Below, piece after piece: positions 1 through 7,684 of a stretch of DNA of 43,458 bases (positions within the stretch are counted from its first letter, which is position 1; each line of letters starts with the position of its first letter). Source of the DNA: Acidobacteriota bacterium. Lineage in GTDB: Bacteria; Acidobacteriota; Vicinamibacteria; Vicinamibacterales; CAVVIG01. The notes under the pieces were generated by a model. It was given only the letters and a program-made list of their open reading frames with translations, was not told the origin of the DNA and searched no databases. The position numbers and the translations under genes were made by a program. The stretch spans positions 1 through 43,458 of the forward strand of contig JAYVMG010000382.1 in assembly GCA_043759095.1 (NCBI GenBank). The letters run 5' to 3'.

Positions 1-639
1 AAGGGCGCCGAGTGGTACGCGTCGCTTGGCCCCGAGAAGAACGGCGGGCCGAAGTTGTACTGCGTGAGCGGCCACGTGAAGCGGCCTGGCGTGTACGAAG
101 CGTCGATGAGTGTGACGCTGCGCGAGCTGATCGAAGGCTACGCCGGCGGCGTGCGGGAGGGCCGAACGCTGAAGGCCGTGATCCCCGGCGGCTCGTCGGT
201 GCCGATCCTGCTGCCCGATCAGCTCGACACGGTGGCGAGCTTCGACGCCATTCAGAAAGCCGGCTCGCTCCTCGGGTCCGCGGCCATCGTCGTCCTCGAC
301 GACACGACGTGCATGGTGTGGCTCGCCGAAAACCTGCTGCACTTCTATCGCCACGAATCGTGCGGCAAGTGCACGCCGTGCCGAGAGGGCACCGACTGGC
401 TGCACAAGATCCTGCATCGGATCGAGCGCGGCGAAGGGCAGATGCGCGATCTCGATCTGCTGGCCAGCATCTCGGGCAACATCGGCGGCAAGACACTGTG
501 CGCGTTTGGTGACGCCGCCGTCACGCCGGTGCTGACGACGCTGAAGCATTTCCGGCAGGAGTACGAGTCGCACATCAAGGAAGGGCGCTGCACGTTGCCG
601 GCGCCGTGGCGCGCGCAGCATCCGGTGGGGGCGCATTAG
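1..639 (+). CDS. nuoF: NADH-quinone oxidoreductase subunit F, C-terminal part (5' end lies outside the window)
   Basis: Frame 1 is open from base 1 (KGAEWYASLGPEKNGGPKLYCVSGHV...). Contains the Fe-S motif ESCGKCTPCREG. Followed by other nuo genes. Confidence 0.93.
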   Translation, partial: KGAEWYASLGPEKNGGPKLYCVSGHVKRPGVYEASMSVTLRELIEGYAGGVREGRTLKAVIPGGSSVPILLPDQLDTVASFDAIQKAGSLLGSAAIVVLDDTTCMVWLAENLLHFYRHESCGKCTPCREGTDWLHKILHRIERGEGQMRDLDLLASISGNIGGKTLCAFGDAAVTPVLTTLKHFRQEYESHIKEGRCTLPAPWRAQHPVGAH

Positions 640-642
640 GTT

Positions 643-1668
643 GTGACCACGCTGCTCATCACGCAGATTGTGCTGACCCTCGCCGTCTTCCAGGGGCTGC
701 TGCTGTCGGCCGCCGCGATGGTCTGGGTCGAGCGCCGTCTGGCCGCGCTGCTGCAGCAGCGGCTCGGGCCGATCCGCGTCGGCTGGCAGGGGCTGCTCCA
801 GCCGTTTGCCGACGTCATCAAGTTGATGTTCAAGGAGGAGCTCCGGCCGCGCGCGGCCGATCCCATCCTGTTCGCGCTGGCGCCGATCATCTCGGCGACG
901 GCGGCCTTCGCGGCGTTCGCCGTCGTCCCCTTTGGCGCAAGCACAACGTTCTTCGGCCTGCTCGACAAGCCATTACTGCTGCAGGTCGCCGACGTCAACG
1001 TCGCCGTGCTGGTGATCTTCGCGATCGCATCGATGGGCGTCTACGGCATCGTGCTGGCCGGGTGGAGTTCGAACAGCAAGTACTCGCTGCTCGGCGGTCT
1101 GCGGTCGTCCGCGCAGATGATCAGCTACGAGTTGTCGTACGGCTTGGCGCTGGCCAGCGTGCTGCTGATCGGCAACTCGCTGTCGCTCACCGAACTCGTG
1201 AACGGCCAGTCTGGCGTATGGTTCGGGTTCATCCCGAAATGGTTCGTGTTCCTGCAGCCGCTCGGGTTCTTCATCTTCATGACCGCCGGCATCGCCGAGA
1301 CGAACCGCGCGCCGTTCGACTTTCCGGAAGCGGAGCAGGAACTCGTCGCCGGCTACCACACCGAATACAGCAGCATGAGCTTCGCGATGTTCTTCCTCGC
1401 GGAGTACATCAACATGGTGACGGTGTCGGCCGTGGCCACCGACCTGTATCTCGGCGGCTGGCATGGGCCGTTCCTGCCGGAGTCGCTCGGCTGGATCTGG
1501 TTCCTGATCAAGGTCGGCGCGATCCTGTTCTTCTACGTCTGGATGCGGTGGACGTTGCCGCGCTATCGCTACGATCAGCTGATGGCGTTCGGCTGGAAAG
1601 TGCTGTTGCCGCTCTCGATGATCAACCTGCTCGTGACGGCTGCGGGAGTGCTGTATTTTGGGCTCTGA
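643..1668 (+). CDS. nuoH: NADH-quinone oxidoreductase subunit H
   Basis: 341-aa polytopic membrane protein with NuoH/ND1-like sequence (VWVERRLAALLQQRLGPIRVG, AETNRAPFDFPEAEQELVAGYHTEYS). GTG start 3 nt after the nuoF stop. Confidence 0.93.
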   Translation: MTTLLITQIVLTLAVFQGLLLSAAAMVWVERRLAALLQQRLGPIRVGWQGLLQPFADVIKLMFKEELRPRAADPILFALAPIISATAAFAAFAVVPFGASTTFFGLLDKPLLLQVADVNVAVLVIFAIASMGVYGIVLAGWSSNSKYSLLGGLRSSAQMISYELSYGLALASVLLIGNSLSLTELVNGQSGVWFGFIPKWFVFLQPLGFFIFMTAGIAETNRAPFDFPEAEQELVAGYHTEYSSMSFAMFFLAEYINMVTVSAVATDLYLGGWHGPFLPESLGWIWFLIKVGAILFFYVWMRWTLPRYRYDQLMAFGWKVLLPLSMINLLVTAAGVLYFGL

Positions 1669-2203
1669 AGCACTCGCGTTCTACGTCTTCGGCGCTGTCG
1701 CGATTGCCGCGTCGTTGCTCGTGATCGCGCAGCGGAACCCGATCTACAGCGTGCTGCTGCTGATCGCGTCGTTCGGCGCGTTGTCGGGTCTCTACATCCT
1801 GCTCGACGCGCCCTTCGTGGCGGTGATCCAGATCATCGTCTATGCGGGCGCGATCATGGTGCTGTTCCTCTTCGTCGTCATGCTGCTGAACGCGCCGCAT
1901 GAAGAGACGGAGTACGACGAAAGCATGCATCCGCTGCTCCGGCCTGGTCCGATGCGGTTCGGCGCGTTCCTCGCGCTGGTGCTCGCGGTCGAGCTGTGGT
2001 GGGCGTTGGCCAGGGGCGCCGACACAGGCGCGTTTCCAGGCGGCGCGGTGACGTCGGTCGCGGTGATCGGCCGATCGCTGTTCACCGACTACGCATTTGC
2101 GTTCGAAGTGACGTCGATCCTGATTCTGGTGGCGATGGTCGGCGCGGTGGTGCTCGCGCGCCGCGACGATCCCCGCGAGCGGCGAAAGCAGGGAGGGCGC
2201 TGA
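1658..2203 (+). CDS. nuoJ: NADH-quinone oxidoreductase subunit J
   Basis: 181-aa NuoJ/ND6-like membrane protein ([22 protein letters not shown]). TTG start overlaps the nuoH end by 11 nt. Confidence 0.88.
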   Translation: MGSEALAFYVFGAVAIAASLLVIAQRNPIYSVLLLIASFGALSGLYILLDAPFVAVIQIIVYAGAIMVLFLFVVMLLNAPHEETEYDESMHPLLRPGPMRFGAFLALVLAVELWWALARGADTGAFPGGAVTSVAVIGRSLFTDYAFAFEVTSILILVAMVGAVVLARRDDPRERRKQGGR

Positions 2204-2505
2204 TGGTCACGCTGAATCACTACCTGATCCTCTCCGCCATCCTGTTTGCGATCGGCACGGCGGGCGTCTTCGTCCGGCGCAATCTGATTACTATCCTGCT
2301 GTCGATCGAGATCATGCTGAACGCGGTGAACCTCACGTTCGTCGCATTCGGCCGCGCGCTGGGATCGGCTGACGGTCAGATCATCGTGTTCTTCGTCATG
2401 ACCGTGGCTGCTGCGGAAGCCGCCGTCGGCCTGGCGATCGTGATCAGCCTGTTCCGGCACAAGGAATCGTTGAATCCCGATTCGTTCGCGAGCCTGAAAT
2501 GGTGA
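2203..2505 (+). CDS. nuoK: NADH-quinone oxidoreductase subunit K
   Basis: 100 aa, [27 protein letters not shown]...[10 protein letters not shown] (ND4L-like). ATG overlaps the nuoJ TGA by 1 nt. The longer track ORF from 1996 is rejected. Confidence 0.92.
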   Translation: MVTLNHYLILSAILFAIGTAGVFVRRNLITILLSIEIMLNAVNLTFVAFGRALGSADGQIIVFFVMTVAAAEAAVGLAIVISLFRHKESLNPDSFASLKW

Positions 2506-2557
2506 CGGGCTTGGCCACGAAGGCGCGAAAGCACGAAGACGAAACCGCTGGGGATCT

Positions 2558-4543
2558 ATGCTTCTCCTGATTCCCCTGATTCCGTTCGTGGGCTTTCTGC
2601 TCAACGCCAGCTTCGGCAAGCGCATCAGCAAGGCCGCGTCCGGCGCCGTCGCGTGCGGCGCGATGGCGGGGGCGTTCGTCGTGGCGCTGGCGTCGGTCTG
2701 GAAACTGGTCGCGTTGCCGGTCGAGTCGCGCGCGATCGTGAACACCGTGTTCACCTGGATTGCGTCCGGCGACTTCACCGCGGCGTTCACGCTGCGGCTC
2801 GATCCGCTGTCGTCCGTGATGATCCTCGTGATCACCGGCATCGGCACGCTGATCCACATCTACTCGACCGCCTACATGCACGAGGAGAGCGACTCGGAGT
2901 ACGCGCGCTACTTCTCGTACCTGAACCTGTTCGCGGCGTTCATGCTGGTGCTGGTCCTCGGAGCGAACTTCCTGGTGATGTTCGTCGGCTGGGAGGGCGT
3001 CGGCCTCTGCTCGTATCTGCTGATCGGCTTCTGGTATGTGAAGAAGTCGGCCTCCGACGCCGGCAAGAAAGCTTTCATCGTCAACCGCATCGGCGATTTC
3101 GGCTTCGTGCTGGGCGTGCTGCTGATCTTCGTCCGCTTCGGCACGATCGATTTCCAGGAGGTCGCGCGCAGCGCGGCGATGATGCGGCCGGAGACCATCT
3201 TCGGCGCCGTGTCGTGGATCACGCTGCTGCTGTTTGTCGGCGCCACCGGCAAGTCGGCGCAGATTCCGCTCTACACCTGGCTGCCGGACGCGATGGAGGG
3301 CCCGACGCCGGTCTCCGCGCTCATCCATGCGGCGACGATGGTGACGGCGGGCGTGTACATGATTGGCCGGAATGCGGTGCTGTTCAGCCACGCGCCGCAT
3401 ACGCTGGCGATCGTCGCGGTGGTTGGCGCGGCAACGGCGCTCCTGGCCGGCACGATCGGCCTGGTGCAGAACGACATCAAGCGCGTGCTCGCGTACTCGA
3501 CGGTGTCGCAGCTCGGCTACATGTTCCTGGCGATGGGGGTCGGCGCCTACGCGGCGGGTATCTTCCACCTCTACACGCATGCGTTCTTCAAGGCGCTGCT
3601 GTTCCTCGGATCGGGCGCGGTGATTCACGCGCTGCACGGCGAACAGGATCTGCGGAAAATGGGCGGTCTGAAAAAGGATCTGCCGATTACCTACTGGACG
3701 TTTCTGATCGGCGCCCTGGCGATCGCTGGCGTCCCCGGTCTCGCTGGTTTTTTCAGCAAGGACGAGATCCTGTATCGAACCTACACGAGCGGTCACACGC
3801 TGCTGTGGGTCGTCGGTCTACTGACGGCGCTGCTGACGGCGGCGTACATGTTCCGCCTCGTGTTTCTCGCATTCCACGGGCCTTCGCGTTCCACGCCTTC
3901 GCCTGCGGCTTCGGCGGTGCAAGCGCATGACCCGCACGCGGCTGACCCGCGCGACACCCACGCGACCCACCAGACCGACCCGACTCATTTGCACGACGCG
4001 CCGCCGGCGATGGCGGTTGCGCTGATCGCGCTGGCGATCGGATCGGTCGTCGCCGGCTACGCCGGGCTGCCGTCGATTCTCGGCGGCGGCGACTGGTTCG
4101 CGCGCTACCTCGAGCCGAGCTTCGGCGTGGCGCCGATCGAGGAAGTGGCGGAGCACGGACTCGAGGGCGCGCTGATGCTGGTGTCGATTGCCGTCGCCTT
4201 TGCCGGCATTGGCATCGCCGCGTACTTCTTCCTGAAGAACCGCCGCGCGTCGGATGCGATGGCCGAGCGCTTCTCCGGCCTGCAGACGCTGCTGCTGAAC
4301 AAGTACTACGTGGACGAAATCTACGACGCGACCATCGTCCAGCCGATTCGCATCGTGTCCGAGGACGCGTTGTGGAAGGTCGTTGATGTGCAGGTGATCG
4401 ACGGCGCGGTCAACGGCGTCGGCGGCGTCGTCGCGGGCGCCAGCGACCGGCTGCGGCGCCTGCAGAGCGGATCGGTCCGCACGTATGCGGCGTCCGTGTT
4501 CGTCGGAGTCGTCGTGATACTGGGTTACTACCTGTGGAGATAG
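2558..4543 (+). CDS. nuoL: NADH-quinone oxidoreductase subunit L, carrying a repeat-like insertion near residues 445-480
   Basis: 661-aa ND5-like antiporter subunit (WEGVGLCSYLLIGFWY, TWLPDAMEGPTPVSALIHAATMVTAGVY). Confidence 0.94.
   Translation: MLLLIPLIPFVGFLLNASFGKRISKAASGAVACGAMAGAFVVALASVWKLVALPVESRAIVNTVFTWIASGDFTAAFTLRLDPLSSVMILVITGIGTLIHIYSTAYMHEESDSEYARYFSYLNLFAAFMLVLVLGANFLVMFVGWEGVGLCSYLLIGFWYVKKSASDAGKKAFIVNRIGDFGFVLGVLLIFVRFGTIDFQEVARSAAMMRPETIFGAVSWITLLLFVGATGKSAQIPLYTWLPDAMEGPTPVSALIHAATMVTAGVYMIGRNAVLFSHAPHTLAIVAVVGAATALLAGTIGLVQNDIKRVLAYSTVSQLGYMFLAMGVGAYAAGIFHLYTHAFFKALLFLGSGAVIHALHGEQDLRKMGGLKKDLPITYWTFLIGALAIAGVPGLAGFFSKDEILYRTYTSGHTLLWVVGLLTALLTAAYMFRLVFLAFHGPSRSTPSPAASAVQAHDPHAADPRDTHATHQTDPTHLHDAPPAMAVALIALAIGSVVAGYAGLPSILGGGDWFARYLEPSFGVAPIEEVAEHGLEGALMLVSIAVAFAGIGIAAYFFLKNRRASDAMAERFSGLQTLLLNKYYVDEIYDATIVQPIRIVSEDALWKVVDVQVIDGAVNGVGGVVAGASDRLRRLQSGSVRTYAASVFVGVVVILGYYLWR
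3926..3988. repeat. ACC-rich repeat-like segment inside nuoL
   Basis: Bases 3957-3971 (CCCACGCGACCCACC) are identical to 31494-31508 in the alr-radA spacer. Translated as HDPHAADPRDTHATHQTDPTH. Confidence 0.7.
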
Positions 4544-4567
4544 CTCTTCACTACGGACCGGACGTTG

Positions 4568-4660
4568 CTCTCCACCACGGAGGACACTGTGGACACAGGG
4601 GTTCAGACCGTTTTGTACAAGATCGGTCCTCTGTGTCCACCGCGTCCTCTGCGGTGGAGA
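4568..4660. repeat. About 93-nt imperfect palindromic element, copy 1 (nuoL-nuoM spacer)
   Basis: Arms CTCTCCACCACGGAGGACACTGTGGACACAGGGG and CCTCTGTGTCCACCGCGTCCTCTGCGGTGGAGAG around an inner GACCG/CGGTC stem. Confidence 0.85.
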
Positions 4661-4682
4661 GTTCGGTGGTGAATAGGTCTTG

Positions 4683-6251
4683 ATGTCGTTCCCGATTCTC
4701 ACGTCCCTCGTCGCGCTACCGGTGGCTGGAGCCATCCTGTTGCTGTTCGTCAACGGTGACGAGGAGAAGAGTGCGCCGCTGGCGCGCAAGATCGCGCTGG
4801 TCGTGTCGCTGCTGGTGTTTGCCGAGACGCTGCTGCTCTGGAGCCAGTTCAATGTCGCATCCGGCGAATTCCAGTTCGTTGAACGTCACGCGTGGATTCC
4901 GGCGTTCGGGATCGAATATGTTGTCGGCGTCGACGGCATCAGCCTGCTGCTGCTCGTGCTGACCGGGTTCCTCACGCCGCTGGCGCTGCTCGGTTCGTGG
5001 GAATCGGTGCATACGAAGACGAAAGCCTTCTGCGTCGTCGTCCTGCTGCTCGAGAGCGCGATGATGGGTGTGTTCATCTCGCTGGACCTGTTCCTGTTCT
5101 ACATCTTCTGGGACGCGATGCTGGTGCCGATGTATTTCCTCGTCGGCATCTGGGGCTACGAGCGCCGCATCTACGCCGCAATCAAGTTCATGCTCTACAC
5201 GATGGCCGGCAGCGTGTTGATGCTGCTCGCGATCCTTGGCCTGGCCTACGTGCACTACACCGCGCACGGGGTGTACAGCTTCGACCTCCTGAAGCTGTAT
5301 CAGCTGGAACTGACCCCGCATCAGCAGCTGTGGTCGTTCCTGGCGTTCGCGTTGGCGTTCGCGATCAAGGTGCCGCTGTTCCCGTTCCACACATGGCTGC
5401 CGGACGCGCACGTCGAAGCGCCGACCGCCGGGTCGGTGATTCTGGCCGGCGTGATGCTGAAGATGGGCACCTATGGCCTCGTGCGATTCGCGTTCCCACT
5501 GTTCCCCCAGGCCGCGATGTTCTTCGCGCCAGCGCTGGCGATTCTGGCCGTGATCGGCATCATCTACGGCGCGCTGGTCGCGATGGTGCAGCCGGACATG
5601 AAGAAACTGGTGGCGTACTCGAGCGTCAGCCACCTCGGGTTCGTCGTGCTCGGGATTGCCGCGATGAACACGCAGGGCGTCTCCGGCGCCGTGTATCAGA
5701 TGTTGAGCCACGGCATCAGCACCGGCGGCCTCTTCCTGATCGTCGGCATGCTGTCTGACCGCCGGCACACACGGCTGATTTCGGAGTTCGGCGGGTTGAA
5801 GAAGGGGATGCCGCATCTCGTGGCGGCGTTCCTCATCGTCACGCTGGCGTCGATCGGCCTGCCTGGGCTGAATGGATTCGTTGGTGAATTCCTGATTCTG
5901 CTCGGCGCCTTCCGCTGGGATCCGTGGCTCGCGGCGTTCGCGGCGACCGGCGTCATCCTGTCGGCGACCTACATGCTCTGGATGTTTCAGCGCGTGAACT
6001 ACGGCCCCGTGACGAATGAGAAGAACGCGCACTTGCCCGATCTCACGCCGCGCGAGTGGGCGGTCATCGTGCCGATCATCGCGGTCTCGATTCTGATGGG
6101 CGTGCTGCCAAACCTGTTCCTGCGGCCGATCGAACCGGCGGTGGAACGGATGCTGACGCACTTCCACCAGGGCGCGCCCACGCGCATCCAGGCGGGCGTC
6201 AGTCCCCAGGCTCCAGCCTCCAGTCTCCGCAACGTGGGGTCAGCACGATGA
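4683..6251 (+). CDS. nuoM: NADH-quinone oxidoreductase subunit M
   Basis: ND4-like protein (HTWLPDAHVEAPTAGSVILAGVMLKMGTYG). ATG at 4683; an in-frame TTG at 4680 is also possible. Confidence 0.93.
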   Translation: MSFPILTSLVALPVAGAILLLFVNGDEEKSAPLARKIALVVSLLVFAETLLLWSQFNVASGEFQFVERHAWIPAFGIEYVVGVDGISLLLLVLTGFLTPLALLGSWESVHTKTKAFCVVVLLLESAMMGVFISLDLFLFYIFWDAMLVPMYFLVGIWGYERRIYAAIKFMLYTMAGSVLMLLAILGLAYVHYTAHGVYSFDLLKLYQLELTPHQQLWSFLAFALAFAIKVPLFPFHTWLPDAHVEAPTAGSVILAGVMLKMGTYGLVRFAFPLFPQAAMFFAPALAILAVIGIIYGALVAMVQPDMKKLVAYSSVSHLGFVVLGIAAMNTQGVSGAVYQMLSHGISTGGLFLIVGMLSDRRHTRLISEFGGLKKGMPHLVAAFLIVTLASIGLPGLNGFVGEFLILLGAFRWDPWLAAFAATGVILSATYMLWMFQRVNYGPVTNEKNAHLPDLTPREWAVIVPIIAVSILMGVLPNLFLRPIEPAVERMLTHFHQGAPTRIQAGVSPQAPASSLRNVGSAR

Positions 6252-7684
6252 CACCCTCCATGAACGCGATCGTTCCGATGGCGTGCGTTGCCGCCGCGGG
6301 CATTGCCGCGATGGTGGCTGAGGCGTTTCGCGAACCTGGCGAACGGATGCCGATCGCCGGCCTCGGAGTCGTTGGCCTGCTGGGCGCGGCGTTTGCGACC
6401 GTGTTGCTCTGGAACCACAACGCATCGAGCTTCGGCGTCGTCTCGGCCGACAACTTCGGGTTGTTCGTCACCGGCACGCTGATCATCGTCGGCCTGCTGT
6501 CGCTGGGGATTTCCGGTCCCACGGTCGAGCGCGAGAAACTGCCGGCGGGTGAATACTACGCGCTGATGCTGTTTGCCACGGCAGGCATGATGCTGATGGC
6601 CACCGCGACGGACCTGCTGGTCATCTTCCTTGCGCTCGAGGTGATGTCGCTCGCGGTCTACGTGCTGACGGGGATTCGTCGTGATTCGCCGGCGTCCTCA
6701 GAGGCCGCGTTCAAGTATTTCCTGCTCGGCGCGTTCGCCAGCGCGTTCTTCCTCTACGGCATCGCGTTTACGTATGGCCTTGCCGGCACCACACGGCTCG
6801 ATCGCATCGCCAGCCTGATGGCGGGGCAGGCGGCATCGCCGACGCCGATGATGCACCTCGCGCTCGGTCTGCTGATCGTCGGCTTCGGGTTCAAGGTGGC
6901 GGCGGTGCCGTTCCACATGTGGACACCGGATGCCTACGAGGGCGCGCCGCCGGCGGTCACCGCGTTCATGTCGACGGGCGTGAAGGCGGCCGCATTCGCG
7001 GCGTTCGTGCGCGTGTTCCTCTCGGCGTTCGAACCGCTGCGCGGCAACTGGAGCGAGGTCATCTGGATTCTCGCCGCGGCGACGATGATCCTGGGCACCG
7101 TCGCCGGCGTGGTGCAGTCGAACGTGAAACGCATGCTCGCCTACTCGAGCATCGGTCACGGCGGATACCTGCTCGTCGCGCTGGTGTCGGGCAACGACTT
7201 CGGCAAGGGTGCGGTGCTGTTCTACCTGCTGACGTATGCGATCACGAACATCGGCGCGTTCGGCGTCATCGCGCTACTCGAGACCACGGATCGCAAGAAC
7301 GATCAGGTGAGCGACTACGCCGGGCTGTGGAGCGAACGCCCGGGGCTGGCGGCCCTGATGACGATCTTCCTGCTCTCCCTGGGCGGCTTCCCGCCGATGG
7401 CCGGCTTCATCGCCAAGTGGTACGTGTTCAGCGCTGCGGTGAAGGCGGGCTACACCGGGTTGGCGATCATCGGCGTGCTGACCAGCGTGATCTCCGTCTT
7501 CTTCTACCTGCGCGTCGTCGTGATGATGTACATGACGCCGACAGACACGCCGGTCCAGTTTCCGGCGGTGCCGAAGATCGCCGGCCTCACGCTGATCGTC
7601 TCCGCGATCCTCATCGTCTACCTCGGCATCCTCCCGACGCGCGTCCTCGACTGGGCCGCGGCGTCGATCTCCTCGATTTTCTAG
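6248..7684 (+). CDS. nuoN: NADH-quinone oxidoreductase subunit N
   Basis: ND2-like protein (FKVAAVPFHMWTPDAYEGAPPAVTAFMS). The ATG at 6248 overlaps the nuoM stop (ATGA). The upstream extension from 6056 lies inside nuoM and is rejected. Confidence 0.92.
   Translation: MTPSMNAIVPMACVAAAGIAAMVAEAFREPGERMPIAGLGVVGLLGAAFATVLLWNHNASSFGVVSADNFGLFVTGTLIIVGLLSLGISGPTVEREKLPAGEYYALMLFATAGMMLMATATDLLVIFLALEVMSLAVYVLTGIRRDSPASSEAAFKYFLLGAFASAFFLYGIAFTYGLAGTTRLDRIASLMAGQAASPTPMMHLALGLLIVGFGFKVAAVPFHMWTPDAYEGAPPAVTAFMSTGVKAAAFAAFVRVFLSAFEPLRGNWSEVIWILAAATMILGTVAGVVQSNVKRMLAYSSIGHGGYLLVALVSGNDFGKGAVLFYLLTYAITNIGAFGVIALLETTDRKNDQVSDYAGLWSERPGLAALMTIFLLSLGGFPPMAGFIAKWYVFSAAVKAGYTGLAIIGVLTSVISVFFYLRVVVMMYMTPTDTPVQFPAVPKIAGLTLIVSAILIVYLGILPTRVLDWAAASISSIF

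Noticed and set aside
2513-2550. CACGAAG-like low-complexity run (GCCACGAAGGCGCGAAAGCACGAAGACGAAACC) in the nuoK-nuoL spacer as another repeat family.
   Set aside because: Only one short, degenerate copy is in the window with no inverted partner. This is insufficient to call a family.
2444-3796. Long antisense or out-of-frame ORFs overlapping conserved genes. Examples: 2444-3796(-), 4716-6167(-), 9475-10941(-), 15047-16423(-), 21563-22582(-), 26801-27976(-), 33007-34026(-), 41068-42117(-), 606-1724(+), 6919-8529(+).
   Set aside because: These are typical high-GC shadow ORFs. Their translations are Arg/Pro/Gly/His/Asp-rich with no recognisable motifs. Each is fully overlapped by a gene with strong family signatures in another frame.
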